DNA of 64,000 nucleotides from Verrucomicrobiia bacterium (lineage in GTDB: Bacteria; Omnitrophota; Omnitrophia; Omnitrophales; Aquincolibacteriaceae): the NCBI GenBank assembly GCA_035495615.1, contig DATJFP010000051.1:364-64363 (forward strand), written 5' to 3'. The notes beneath the pieces were generated by a model. That model was given only the letters and a program-made list of their open reading frames with translations, was not told the DNA's origin and did not search any database. The position numbers were made by a program, and so were the translations under genes. Positions 37,328 through 47,127 of this stretch are shown here, one piece after another; position 1 is the first letter of the stretch, and each line of letters begins with the position of its first letter.

Positions 37328-38025
37328 AACCGAAACTTTATCAATATGCCGCGTGCCCTTTCTGCAATAAGGTGCGCAGCATTCTCCAGTACAAAGGCGT
37401 GGATTTCGAGACCATCGAAGTGCACCCTTTGAAGAAAAAAGAAATCGCTTTTTCCGAGTACAAGGCGGTGCCGATCTACGTGGATTCCAAAGGGACGCAG
37501 GTCAACGATTCCACGCCCATCATGCGGCGCATCGACGAAGAGTTCCCCGCGCCCGCGGTCTTCAGCCGCGAGCCCGCCGCGAAAGAGGAAGAGGACAAAT
37601 GGCTGGCATGGTCGGAGACGTTCGTAAAGGGGCTTCCCGCGGCCATCTATGATTCGGTCCCGAACGCGCTGCGTTCGTTCGATTACATCACGCGCGTCGG
37701 CAAATTCAGCTGGCTCGAGAAAATGACCATCAAATTTACGGGCGCTTTCGTCATGACGCTCGTCGCGGGAAAGATCCGCAAACGCGAAGGCATCACGGAT
37801 CCTGCTGTTTTCTTGAGACAGAAAGCGGCGGAGTGGGCCGAGGGGTTGAAGGGAAGGCCGTTTCTCGGCGGCATGAACCCCAACGGTGCGGACCTCGCGG
37901 TTTTCGGCATCACTCGCTCGGTCGCGGGACTTCCCGCGGGTAAAGTGCTGGACGAAAATCCCGTTTTCGAAGACTGGTGCCGGCGCATGTCGCTCGCGGT
38001 CTCCGGAATCAAATTGCCCGCCTGA
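37324..38025 (+). CDS. Glutaredoxin/GST-like thioredoxin-fold protein
   Basis: N-terminal CPFC active-site motif in a beta-alpha-beta context (LYQYAACPFCNKVR), followed by a helical GST-C-like domain. Confidence 0.55.
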   Translation: MKPKLYQYAACPFCNKVRSILQYKGVDFETIEVHPLKKKEIAFSEYKAVPIYVDSKGTQVNDSTPIMRRIDEEFPAPAVFSREPAAKEEEDKWLAWSETFVKGLPAAIYDSVPNALRSFDYITRVGKFSWLEKMTIKFTGAFVMTLVAGKIRKREGITDPAVFLRQKAAEWAEGLKGRPFLGGMNPNGADLAVFGITRSVAGLPAGKVLDENPVFEDWCRRMSLAVSGIKLPA

Positions 38026-38070
38026 TTTTTCCGGGTCCGGCCCTTGCAAGGCCGGAACCCGGGACTTCTT

Positions 38071-38472
38071 CTAAGCCGCCTTGCGGTACTCTTCCGGAAA
38101 GATGTCCGTCAGACTTCCCCTCCACATGCTCCGGTAATCTGTCAGCGACCACAACACAAGAACGACCGCGCCGGCAGCCACGTAAACATTCCGGGCAGCC
38201 TCCAAGGCCGAAAATCGAAAGAGCCACGGCGAGGCGAGCATAAATGCGGCCGCGGCCGCTTCAATCTTCGAATGGACCGTGAAAGGAATGGTCTTGGTAA
38301 TGCCCAGAGGATAAGCGGTCATTCCGCTCATGAGCAGATGGCCGATACCCAGGACATACAAGAGATTCGCCGGCAGTCCGTGGAAATGGAAAATCGCGGG
38401 CGCAAGCAGAACGAATACCCCGAAAAGATAATCCATTACGCCGTGCGTTTTAGGATCAATGGGCTTTTTCAT
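38071..38472 (-). CDS. SPW repeat membrane protein
   Basis: Four TM helices. Two carry the SPW-like motif (LLAPAIFHFHG and MLASPWLF). Confidence 0.55.
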   Translation of the reverse strand: MKKPIDPKTHGVMDYLFGVFVLLAPAIFHFHGLPANLLYVLGIGHLLMSGMTAYPLGITKTIPFTVHSKIEAAAAAFMLASPWLFRFSALEAARNVYVAAGAVVLVLWSLTDYRSMWRGSLTDIFPEEYRKAA

Positions 38473-38629
38473 GGTAACCTCCCGGTCTTAGAAGACCTGT
38501 AACCCTCATGATTCCCGTTCGTGTCCTTAGTCTAGACCGCCGGGTCTTTCCGGCAAATCCGGGAGGCGATCGAAAAAACGTACTCCTTCGCCGTGCCCGC
38601 TCAGGATAAATGCTCATGGCCGGGAAAGG

Positions 38630-39163
38630 CTACTTCTTATGCTTTTTGAGAATGTCGTAGAGAAGATTCAAGGCGTCGGAGATCGCGGAGACCGTGAAGA
38701 TGCTGGCGGTCGCGCGCGTGAAGCGGGGATAAAAAGTAAGCCCGAAAAAGGAGGCCATGGCCGTCCAGCCCCCAAAGCACCAGGGGCAGGTGATGAGATC
38801 GCCAAAGGCATTCATGAGGCCCCGGCCGCGGGACTTTTCGTAGATCTCGGCTGCGCCCATGGATTCGCCGTATTCGGTGAAAGGGCTTCGCAGCGGACTT
38901 GCCACCAGGCTTTTGGTGATCAGACGGCTTATTTTGTACGAGGCCGTGCCCAGGAGCGCCAGGTCGCGGGGGGAAAGCGCTTCCGGGATTTTTTTGCGTT
39001 TCAGCACCGCGGCCCGGTACAAGCCCGCGAACAAAACCGCATAAGAAGTCATCAGCACGGCATAGCCGCCGAGCGGAAAGCTCTCTTTGCCAGGGGCGTT
39101 CCGAAGATAAGATTGCCGGATTTTTTTCGTCACCGGGACTTTGAGGCTGCGGCCGTTTTTCAT
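38630..39163 (-). CDS. DUF1360 domain membrane protein
   Basis: CPWCFGGWTAMASFFGL matches the DUF1360 CPxCxGxW signature. Confidence 0.55.
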   Translation of the reverse strand: MKNGRSLKVPVTKKIRQSYLRNAPGKESFPLGGYAVLMTSYAVLFAGLYRAAVLKRKKIPEALSPRDLALLGTASYKISRLITKSLVASPLRSPFTEYGESMGAAEIYEKSRGRGLMNAFGDLITCPWCFGGWTAMASFFGLTFYPRFTRATASIFTVSAISDALNLLYDILKKHKK

Positions 39164-39334
39164 GCCCGTACCTTATCAGAAGGAGCGGCGGCGGCCATCG
39201 GGGCAGTTCTTTTTCGGCAGTCATCCCGCTCCGGGGGCGGGGAGTAAAAGCATTTGTTGAATCCTGCGCACCCGGATACAATAGCCGCTCATTCGCAAAG
39301 CTCCCGGTCGGGAGAAACCCTTTTGGAGATCGTC

Positions 39335-39805
39335 ATGAAACTGTCGAAGATCGTCTTTTTTCCGTGCCTTGTCCTCTTATTGGCTTCCGGCTGCGCCTCG
39401 TCTTCCTATTTAAAGGGTGTAACGCCCGACGGCAGGAAAGTCTACCTCGGCCCCACCCCCATCGAAAACACGCCGGAATTCAAAACCTACCAGCAGAGCA
39501 CTCGCAGCGAAGTGGACAAGCAGCGCTACCTTTTCCAGCGCCTGAAAAATGCGACCGAGCTGGTGTATTTTCACGACGGAGCCTGGTACACGCCGCTCGA
39601 GGCCTACCGCGGCGGCATGTGGCTGATGCGGAACCGTTATGAAAAAGGGCAGGACTCGCGCGCATTCATCCGCAAGTGGGTGGAACGCTCGGAGGCGGGC
39701 AACGTGCACCTGGTGAAGTATCCGGACGGGTCCGTTCAGTCCGGGGCGGACATCCTCTACAATGAACTGGATCTTCTGGAGCAGACGGCGGCGAAGCAGA
39801 GTTAG
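39335..39805 (+). CDS. Hypothetical lipoprotein
   Basis: GGAGA SD 5 nt upstream. Signal peptide with lipobox LASGC. Confidence 0.6.
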   Translation: MKLSKIVFFPCLVLLLASGCASSSYLKGVTPDGRKVYLGPTPIENTPEFKTYQQSTRSEVDKQRYLFQRLKNATELVYFHDGAWYTPLEAYRGGMWLMRNRYEKGQDSRAFIRKWVERSEAGNVHLVKYPDGSVQSGADILYNELDLLEQTAAKQS

Positions 39806-39925
39806 GTGCGCTTGAAGATGCGGCCATGCGGTATTCGAAGAATTCGATGAGCGGCGGCGCGAAGCAAGCCATTAGAAACTATTTGAATCTTTGGGCCGGA
39901 AACGCTAACCTGTCTGCCTAAATTC

Positions 39926-42334
39926 ATGGCAAAATCCTCTCTTCCCAGCACCCAAAATAATTTCGGCAAGGCCTTTGCGCGGTTTGTCTGCAGATACCCG
40001 CTTGGCATCTTGATTTTTTTCGCCGTTTCCACGGCGGCACTCGTGCCCGTGGCTGCCAGGCTCAAGCTCCACGCCAATTTCATGGATCTTCTGCCCGACA
40101 GCCATCCCAGCATCGTGAATCTCGAAGAACTGATGAGTCACGTGGGCGGCACAAGTTTTCTTATCGCGGTGATTGAATCGAAGGATGAAAAAACCGCGCT
40201 TGATGCCACAAATCTTTTCAGCGAAAAGGCTGCCCATTTCCAGCAGGTCGAGTTTGTCGACAACCGCACGAACGTCCCCGAATTTGCGAACCGCAAGCTG
40301 CTTTTCTTAAACCTCAAAAGCGTTGAAAAATTAAAAAGCAATATCAGCGACCTGCTCGGTTATTACCGCCGCAAGAACAATCCGTTGTATGTGGACCTCC
40401 TGGATGAAAAAGAGCCCAAGGTGGATGAGGGCCTCGAGCTTGAAGAAAAGGTTTCGAGGATCGGCGGGTTTTCGGCCAAGGACCAGGAATCGTACATGCA
40501 GGTCATCCTGATCAAGCCCAAGCATCCTGTGAGTGACTTCAATAAAACCGAACTGCTTTTTGCCGAGGCGCGCGCGGGTTTTGCCGAAGTCCAAAAACAG
40601 CTGAAGAAACCGGCGTCGCTCGGCCTCACCGGGCCTTACCGCACGCGCTACGAAGAATACCTCACGATCCACCACGACATCCACATGACGGGCCTGATCG
40701 TGACCGCGCTTCTTGTGATCATTAATCTGCTTGCGTTCCCGAACCTGCGGTCGCTCGCCTATGTCTATTTACCGCTCACTTTGGGAACGGTTTGGGTTTG
40801 GGGCTTTACGGAACTTACGATCGGCTATCTCAACTTGATTACGGCATTTTTGGCCGCGATTTTGTTCGGCATGGAAAGCGATTACAGCCTGCACTTTCTG
40901 GTCACTTTTGAACAAAACCTGAAAACCGAAGAAGGGAATGTTGAAAAAGCGATTGAGCTCGCGTTTGCCCAGCTTTGGAGCCCGATGTGGGCCAGCATGT
41001 GGACGACCGCCGTTGTGTTTTATTCCCTCATGATCAGCCAATTCGAGGGGTTCCGCCATTTTGGGTTTATCGCGGGCGTAGGCATCATGATTTCGTTTGT
41101 CATTATTTTGTTTGTCGAGCCCGCCTTGATTGTGCTCATTGAAAAATATTTTCCGATGAAGCGCTGGTCGCTTTTCAAGGAAATGCGCGTTTCCAAACCG
41201 CTCCTGCTCACGATTGTTCTGGGCGGCGTTCTTTTTTCGTTCTTTTCGCTCACGCAAATCCCAAAGGTCGGGTTTAACTACAACTTTATGGATTTGCGCG
41301 CGAAAAAAGACGATTCAGTCGACCTTGCCGAAAAAGTCGGCATGCATTTCGGCGTGCACCTTACGCCTGTTGTTTACATCACGCCCAACCGCGAGGTTGC
41401 CGGAAAACTTGCCGATGATCTCAATCGCTACATCGACAGCCATCCCGGCACTTTCTTCGATTTTGCCGCGGCCATTACTTCGCATGTGCCGCACGATCAG
41501 GAGCAAAAAATAAAAGTCCTCGGTGAAATCAACCAAATGATCGAAAGCCGCAAGGCGATTTTGAAAAATCTGGATGAAGAAAAACGGCAAAAAATAGACG
41601 ACCTGCGGGCACAGCTCGCGCCCCAGCCTTTCGTGATTAAAGACCTGCCCGACGGGATTGTGAATCAATACGAAGGCCATGATGGGGTTATTTCCGCGGT
41701 GTTTGTGTATCCCGCGGTGCGGATTTTAAACGGGGAAAAAGCGAAAAAATTTGTGCAGGAGGCCCGGGATTTTCCCAAGCCTCCGGGCGTCAAGCTTGCA
41801 GGCGAACCGCTTATTTATGCCGACATTTTGATGCTGATCGAAAAAGACACGCCGATTGCGATCGGTATCAGCACGTTCGTTGTTTTCTTTTTGGTCCTGC
41901 TTCATTTCCGCCGGCTTGACCACACGCTTTGGGTGCACGTTCCTTTGGCGCTCGCGGGGTTGTGGATGGTCGGCATGATGGGAATAACAGGCTTCAAATT
42001 TAATTTTTTCAACATGGTCATCATGCCGAGCATTTTGGGCCACGGCATCGACAACGGCATTTATATTTTTGACTGGTACAACCGCAGGAAAGACGAGAGT
42101 TTCCTCGAAACAATCCGAACCTCGTTTAAAGGAGTGCTCCTTGCCTCCGGCACGAGCATCGCGGCTTTTACCGGCATCATGTTCGCCACGCACCGCGGCA
42201 TGGCAAGCATGGGTAAGCTCGGAGTCATAGGTTTTTCAAGCTGTCTTTTAGCTTCCGTAATATTCCTGCCCGCCCTCCTCGGTTTTTTTGAACTGCGATA
42301 CAAGCACCTTTTTCACCGCGAAGGCGAATCCTGA
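39926..42334 (+). CDS. MMPL/RND superfamily exporter (second copy, HpnN-like)
   Basis: Same 1+5 / 1+5 TM topology with two periplasmic loops. Paralogous to 12399..14567 (shared LxxLxxG/SMxxH-type motifs). Confidence 0.7.
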   Translation: MAKSSLPSTQNNFGKAFARFVCRYPLGILIFFAVSTAALVPVAARLKLHANFMDLLPDSHPSIVNLEELMSHVGGTSFLIAVIESKDEKTALDATNLFSEKAAHFQQVEFVDNRTNVPEFANRKLLFLNLKSVEKLKSNISDLLGYYRRKNNPLYVDLLDEKEPKVDEGLELEEKVSRIGGFSAKDQESYMQVILIKPKHPVSDFNKTELLFAEARAGFAEVQKQLKKPASLGLTGPYRTRYEEYLTIHHDIHMTGLIVTALLVIINLLAFPNLRSLAYVYLPLTLGTVWVWGFTELTIGYLNLITAFLAAILFGMESDYSLHFLVTFEQNLKTEEGNVEKAIELAFAQLWSPMWASMWTTAVVFYSLMISQFEGFRHFGFIAGVGIMISFVIILFVEPALIVLIEKYFPMKRWSLFKEMRVSKPLLLTIVLGGVLFSFFSLTQIPKVGFNYNFMDLRAKKDDSVDLAEKVGMHFGVHLTPVVYITPNREVAGKLADDLNRYIDSHPGTFFDFAAAITSHVPHDQEQKIKVLGEINQMIESRKAILKNLDEEKRQKIDDLRAQLAPQPFVIKDLPDGIVNQYEGHDGVISAVFVYPAVRILNGEKAKKFVQEARDFPKPPGVKLAGEPLIYADILMLIEKDTPIAIGISTFVVFFLVLLHFRRLDHTLWVHVPLALAGLWMVGMMGITGFKFNFFNMVIMPSILGHGIDNGIYIFDWYNRRKDESFLETIRTSFKGVLLASGTSIAAFTGIMFATHRGMASMGKLGVIGFSSCLLASVIFLPALLGFFELRYKHLFHREGES

Positions 42335-42490
42335 TTTAAATTTCCGGCCCCGCGCGAAATTCGGGAATCGATTCCCATGGTTGGGACCCGCGCGGGGGAG
42401 CATCCGGGAAGAATGAAGCCTGCATAGCGGTGTGCGATCCGGGCAATTTCATCCCGATCGAATGAGGGGAACTGGATTTTCTTTTGGATA

Positions 42491-43096
42491 TCAGGCAGCC
42501 GGAGTCTGGGGATTTTTAGCGTCCGCGAGCCTTTTTTGCATCGTCTCGATCAGGCCGTCGAACTGCTTCTCGCTGATGATCTTGTCGAACTGGTATTTCA
42601 GGTCTTCGGTAATGCTGACGCCGTCCAGAAAAACGTCGTCGATCTTACCGGCCTGGGAAATGTGATAAATGACTTCGGCATCCAGCCCCTGTTCTTCCTG
42701 CTTGATGATGCTTTGGACGCGCGTGCCCGTCTCGTCGGGCGTGACCGAAGGATAAGTGATCTGGTAATTGCCCATGAAGCGGCGGCTTTTGGGATAGGCC
42801 ACGTGCTCGATGAGCTGGCCCATGAGGCCCAGGAAAGACTGCCGCTGTTCGGGCGTGAGGGAATCCCAATGCGCGTCCAGCGCCTTTTTGCTCATGGCTT
42901 CCAGGTCGAGCAGCGAATTGGCTTTGTCCACGATCGGCTTCTGGGCGGCTTCGTCCTTGGGGGGAAATTCCATGCTGCGGATCGAGGTCAGGAAATCTTC
43001 GACGATCTGCTGGGCCCCCGGGGCCTGGGCGGAAACCGGACGAGCGGCGGAAAAGAACGCGGCAAGAACGACGATCCCAAAAAAGGAAAAACGCAT
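42491..43096 (-). CDS. MlaC/Ttg2D-like (HpnM-like) periplasmic lipid-binding protein
   Basis: GGGAGG SD upstream. Signal peptide, then the helical MlaC-type pattern (DEAAQKPIVDKANSLLDLEAMSKKAL...WDSLTPEQRQSF). Confidence 0.55.
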   Translation of the reverse strand: MRFSFFGIVVLAAFFSAARPVSAQAPGAQQIVEDFLTSIRSMEFPPKDEAAQKPIVDKANSLLDLEAMSKKALDAHWDSLTPEQRQSFLGLMGQLIEHVAYPKSRRFMGNYQITYPSVTPDETGTRVQSIIKQEEQGLDAEVIYHISQAGKIDDVFLDGVSITEDLKYQFDKIISEKQFDGLIETMQKRLADAKNPQTPAA

Positions 43097-43217
43097 TTGA
43101 GCCTCCCAAAGTTGAAGCAACACTTTATGCTCCCCGGGAGATAATTTCAAGTGCTTTGACCCGCACCTCTCTGAGAAAAGAGTGGATGGAGCGGACGGAG
43201 ACGGTTAAAATCCCGCA

Positions 43218-43610
43218 ATGCCTCCCGGAAACAAAAAGCCTCTTTCCCGCATCGTGCTCGCCGTTTTTTTTATCGCGGCGGGCGCCGGTCATTTCTGGGA
43301 TCCGGAATTTTATCTCCAGATCATGCCGCCTTACATCCCTTTCCACCGTTTCATGGTGTTTCTCAGCGGCGCCTTAGAAATGGCGTTCGGCGCCATGGTC
43401 CTTTTCGAAAGCACCCGGCGTCCTGCGGCCTGGGGACTCCTTTTGCTTTTGCTGGCTGTCCTTCCCGCCAACGCGCACATCGCGCTTCATCCGGAGATTT
43501 TCCCGCGCATTCCTTCCTGGGTGGCGTGGGGGCGTCTGCCGTTCCAGGGGCTCTTCATGTTCTGGGTCTATGCGGCCGCGCTCAAAGAGAATCGTCCGCC
43601 TCAGGGCTGA
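43218..43610 (+). CDS. DoxX-like family membrane protein
   Basis: Four TM helices. FIAAGAGHF and VLPANAHIAL motifs typical of DoxX/DUF417-like proteins. Confidence 0.5.
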   Translation: MPPGNKKPLSRIVLAVFFIAAGAGHFWDPEFYLQIMPPYIPFHRFMVFLSGALEMAFGAMVLFESTRRPAAWGLLLLLLAVLPANAHIALHPEIFPRIPSWVAWGRLPFQGLFMFWVYAAALKENRPPQG

Positions 43611-43818
43611 CGAGTTTGTCCCGCTCGTAACCGCGCAGCGCGTCTTTGCCTCCGGGCTGCATCACGTTCTTTTTTTCCCGGCCGCGGCGGTTCATGGCCT
43701 GAGGGCTCACGTCATGAGGTTCGGGCTTGCCTCGGCCGTCTCCCGGTTCGTCACCCAGGGTGAAACGGATCGTGTCTTTTCCGGTCTTGTCGTCAGGGTG
43801 TTTGGTTTTTCGGCTCAT
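43582..43818 (-). CDS. Small hydrophilic protein (hypothetical)
   Basis: Strong AAAGGAG SD 7 nt upstream on the minus strand. Lys/Asp/Gly-rich. Convergently overlaps the DoxX 3' end by 29 nt. Confidence 0.45.
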   Translation of the reverse strand: MSRKTKHPDDKTGKDTIRFTLGDEPGDGRGKPEPHDVSPQAMNRRGREKKNVMQPGGKDALRGYERDKLVSPEADDSL

Positions 43819-43967
43819 AAGAGACTCCTTTAATTAATAAGAACACGGCCATCCTAATCCCGGCGGATCTCTCTTTCTATCGGGAGAGGACGTAATCGCT
43901 TGTGATCGCGGGGAGGTTGGCGCAGGGGCGGAGTTGTGGTACATTTAATACGAACAAAGGAGGAAGT

Positions 43968-44075
43968 ATGAAGCGCATTTGGCTGTACCGCGTTCTGCCG
44001 TTCCTGATCGTGTTTTCGACGCTCCGCTGGTTCACGGACACGATGATGGGCGGCCTTACCTGGTTCATGGGCTAA
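43968..44075 (+). CDS. Small 35-aa membrane peptide
   Basis: Perfect SD AAAGGAGGAAG 4-6 nt upstream. Single TM helix (LPFLIVFSTL). Below the size cutoff of the ORF track. Confidence 0.45.
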   Translation: MKRIWLYRVLPFLIVFSTLRWFTDTMMGGLTWFMG

Positions 44076-44270
44076 CCCCTTATTTTTTTTATCCTGGCTT
44101 TACATCCTGCCGGACTTCTCCAAGTCGAGTGAGCACGCTTTTATCCGGCGTCATTTTTTACCCGACCCGCAAACCCGCCTTTTCCCGATGTCTCCGCTTT
44201 TGATGATTCTCTAGACTTGGCGCGGCCCGTTGAATACAATCGGCCCGCAACCTAACCCAAGGAGAACGCC

Positions 44271-44888
44271 ATGAAGAAAGTTTTCTCGATCGCCCTCATT
44301 CTGTCCCTGTTTATCCTGCCCGGCCTGTCTTTCGCCGACAACCCGCCGGCTCAGGGCGGAGCGGCGCTTCCTCCGGGCGTGACGGCCGAAGACATGGCCC
44401 GCATGACCGAGATGACCACGCCAAACGAAAATCATCAGAAGCTCAACGCGCTGGTCGGAAAATTCAAAGTGAAGACGTCATGGCAGATGGCCGCGGACGC
44501 GCCGGTGCAGACTTCCGAAGGCGAAGCCGAAGGGAAATGGATCCTGGACGGGCGCTTCGTGGAGCAGCACTTCAAAGGCGATTTCATGGGCAAGCCTTTC
44601 GAAGGCCTGTCTCTCACCGGCTACGACAACATGAAAAAGGAATACAGCGCCGTGTGGCTGGACAGTGTGGCGACCGGCATGATGAAGTCCACGATGAAAT
44701 ACGATGACGCCACGAAGTCGTTCAGCGAAGAAGGCAAATTTTCCTGCCCCATGACCGGCGAGACGGACAAAGATTACCGCGCCGTCACGACGATCGTCGA
44801 CGACAACAACTATAAGTACGAGATGTATCAGAAGGGCAAGGACGGCAAGGAATTCAAGGCCATGCAAATCGATTATACGCGCGCCTGA
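44271..44888 (+). CDS. DUF1579-like secreted protein
   Basis: Signal peptide. Lipocalin-like beta-strand pattern with KxKxS/T repeats. AAGGAGAA SD. Putative promoter TAGACT-17-TACAAT upstream. Confidence 0.5.
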   Translation: MKKVFSIALILSLFILPGLSFADNPPAQGGAALPPGVTAEDMARMTEMTTPNENHQKLNALVGKFKVKTSWQMAADAPVQTSEGEAEGKWILDGRFVEQHFKGDFMGKPFEGLSLTGYDNMKKEYSAVWLDSVATGMMKSTMKYDDATKSFSEEGKFSCPMTGETDKDYRAVTTIVDDNNYKYEMYQKGKDGKEFKAMQIDYTRA

Positions 44889-44913
44889 GCGCCGCGGAGC
44901 GGGAGCGTTCTAA

Positions 44914-44945
44914 AAACGCCGGGCCAAAAGCCCGGCGTTTTTTTG
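44914..44945. terminator. Bidirectional rho-independent terminator
   Basis: AAAAACGCCGGGC-CAAAA-GCCCGGCGTTTTTTTG. The stem is flanked by an A-run and a T-run. Confidence 0.85.
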
Positions 44946-45010
44946 TTCAGGAAGTCCGGGATCCCGGCCGTCAATCCCAGGGAAACCGGTTGAACCGCGG
45001 GAGGGATTTC

Positions 45011-45400
45011 ATGAAGCGCGAGACCTTGGCGCAGGCTATGGAGCGGCTCGGAATTAAAGAAGCGGACCTCGAAGAATCCTTTGTCGCGTCCGGCGGTCCC
45101 GGAGGCCAGAACGTCAACAAGGTGGCGACGTGCGTGGTGCTCAGGCACGCGCCCAGCGGCATCCTGATCAAATGCCAGCAGGAACGTTCGCAGGCGATGA
45201 ACCGTGAGGCCGCGCGGCGCATCCTCGTGGAAAGAATCGAAAGGCGGGAGCGCGAGCGCAAAGAAAAAGAAACCCGCCGTCTCGCCAAGATCAAACGGCA
45301 GAACCGCCGGCGTTCGAAAGCAGCCAAAGATAAAATGCTCGCGGCCAAGAAATTTCACGGCAGGAAAAAAGAGTACCGCAGGCGAGTCGAAGAAGATTAA
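45011..45400 (+). CDS. arfB: Alternative ribosome-rescue factor ArfB (peptidyl-tRNA hydrolase, GGQ family)
   Basis: [14 protein letters not shown] motif plus a basic C-terminal tail ([18 protein letters not shown]). Confidence 0.85.
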   Translation: MKRETLAQAMERLGIKEADLEESFVASGGPGGQNVNKVATCVVLRHAPSGILIKCQQERSQAMNREAARRILVERIERRERERKEKETRRLAKIKRQNRRRSKAAKDKMLAAKKFHGRKKEYRRRVEED

Positions 45401-45406
45401 ACCGGT

Positions 45407-45490
45407 GAGCATGGACGGGGACAGGTCTTTAGCCCTGTCCCCAAGGCAGCGAGTGCAGGAGGCCTGTTGCAAGCATAGCGTTTGCGGTGG
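45407..45490. repeat. Intergenic repeated element, copy 1 (hairpin GGGGACAGGTC-TTTAG-CCCTGTCCCC plus conserved 3' tail)
   Basis: About 80% identical over ~85 nt to 58114..58200. Lies between convergent gene ends. Confidence 0.6.
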
Positions 45491-45493
45491 GAA

Positions 45494-47071
45494 TCACCAC
45501 TCGGTCGGTTTGTAGTCCTTGAGAAATTTTCCCCAGACGTGCCGGCCCGTCAGCAGTCCATCGAACAGCGGGTCGAGCAGGCGCGCGGCGCCGTCCACGA
45601 TGTCGAGCGGCGGCTCGAAGTCATGCATTTCCTTCTTGGCTTCGGAAAGATGCGCCGGATCTTCATCCGTCACCCATCCCGTGTCCACCGCGTTCATATG
45701 GATTCCGTTTTTCACGTAATCACGCGCGGATGTCCACGTCATCATGTTGAGCGCGGCTTTCGCCATGTTCGTGTGAGGGTGCTTGTCGGTTTTCGTGTAG
45801 CGGTTGAATTTGCCTTCCATGGCGGACGCGTTGACGATGTGCTGTTCGCCCGTGGAATGGCGCATCATGAGCGGCTTCAACTTGGCCGCGAGAATGAACG
45901 GCGCGACCGCGTTCACCAGATGCACTTCCAGCATTTCCGGCGTGGCCACGTCGGCCAGCGCCAGGCGCCAGGTATTGATCTGCCGCAGGTCTTTCTGCTG
46001 CAGATCCGCGTCCAGCTTTCCTTCCGGAAAAACTTCCAGGGTCGACTGCGTTTCCTCGTCGAAATCGTATGGCACCATGGCCAGCTTCGCGGACGCGCGG
46101 ATGCCGATGGCGGGGCTTTTGCCCGGCCAGGTTTTCAGCAGCGTGTTTTCCAGATTTTCCTGCTGGAGCGGCAGGAGCTTAGCCTCGAGCGCGTGGATGC
46201 AGTTTTCGTGAGCTTTCAAAAGCGGGCGCAATTCGGACGGAAGCTCGTCGACGTGCTTGGCCTCCCATTCCATCAGATGGCGGTAAAACCCGGGCGGCTT
46301 GCGCACGGTCTGCGCCGCGTTGTTGATGATGACGTCGAGCCGTTCTTCGGTGTTCAAAAGATAGCGCGCGAACATCTCCACGCTCGGCGAATGACGCAGG
46401 TCGAGCCCGTGAATCTGCAGCCGGTTCTTCCAGACGCCGAAATCTTCCTCGCGCGAAAAACGCAGGGCCGAGTCATTGGGGAAACGCGTGGTCACGATCG
46501 TTTTCGCGCCCGCACGCAGGAGTTTCAGCGAGGTCTGATAGCCGATCTTGATGCGTCCGCCGGTGACGAGGGCAGTGCGACCGTCCAGAGGCGCCGACTG
46601 GAAGCGCTTCTTATAATTAAGGTCGCCGCAGTCCACGCACATGGCGTCATAGAAAAAATGCACCTTCGTGAAGCGGACCTTGCAGGTATAACACTGGCGA
46701 GAGCGCAGGAATTCCGCGGCATGATCCTCCGGCGCCTCGATTTCCTTGGGCGCTTCGAAGACGGTCCGCTGGCGGGCCCGGCGGATGCCCGTCGTGTCAC
46801 GCACCGCCCAGTCGTGCTCCTTGCGCTTCTGGTTGCGCAGCTTCCGGGAGGCGCGCGCCGTGCGCCGCTGGTCTTCGATCACCGGATGGGCAAGACTGCC
46901 CGCCGCCTTCATCAGGCGAATGCGGTCCTGCTGCGAGATGGATGCCATGCTGGCCGGGTCCGCAGCCATGGCTTCGAGCGCGCGCAGACAGGCTTCGAAT
47001 TCTTCGGGGGAAAGCCGTGCCGTAGCCTGCGGTTTTTCGGGATTGACGGAAGGATCAGAATTGTCGGGCAT
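45494..47071 (-). CDS. SDR family NAD(P)-dependent oxidoreductase with a ~170 aa N-terminal extension
   Basis: TALVTGGRIKIGYQ Rossmann motif and a NNAAQT-like segment. The N-terminal extension contains C-x2-C...C-x2-C. Confidence 0.65.
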   Translation of the reverse strand: MPDNSDPSVNPEKPQATARLSPEEFEACLRALEAMAADPASMASISQQDRIRLMKAAGSLAHPVIEDQRRTARASRKLRNQKRKEHDWAVRDTTGIRRARQRTVFEAPKEIEAPEDHAAEFLRSRQCYTCKVRFTKVHFFYDAMCVDCGDLNYKKRFQSAPLDGRTALVTGGRIKIGYQTSLKLLRAGAKTIVTTRFPNDSALRFSREEDFGVWKNRLQIHGLDLRHSPSVEMFARYLLNTEERLDVIINNAAQTVRKPPGFYRHLMEWEAKHVDELPSELRPLLKAHENCIHALEAKLLPLQQENLENTLLKTWPGKSPAIGIRASAKLAMVPYDFDEETQSTLEVFPEGKLDADLQQKDLRQINTWRLALADVATPEMLEVHLVNAVAPFILAAKLKPLMMRHSTGEQHIVNASAMEGKFNRYTKTDKHPHTNMAKAALNMMTWTSARDYVKNGIHMNAVDTGWVTDEDPAHLSEAKKEMHDFEPPLDIVDGAARLLDPLFDGLLTGRHVWGKFLKDYKPTEW

Positions 47072-47127
47072 TGGGCGTATTATGCCTCAAAACCGCAGCG
47101 GAAAAAAGGACAAACCCGGCCCTCCCG

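Noticed and set aside
43570-43833. Plus-strand 87-aa ORF
   Set aside because: Arg-rich shadow. The minus-strand 43582-43818 ORF has a strong SD and protein-like composition and was kept instead.
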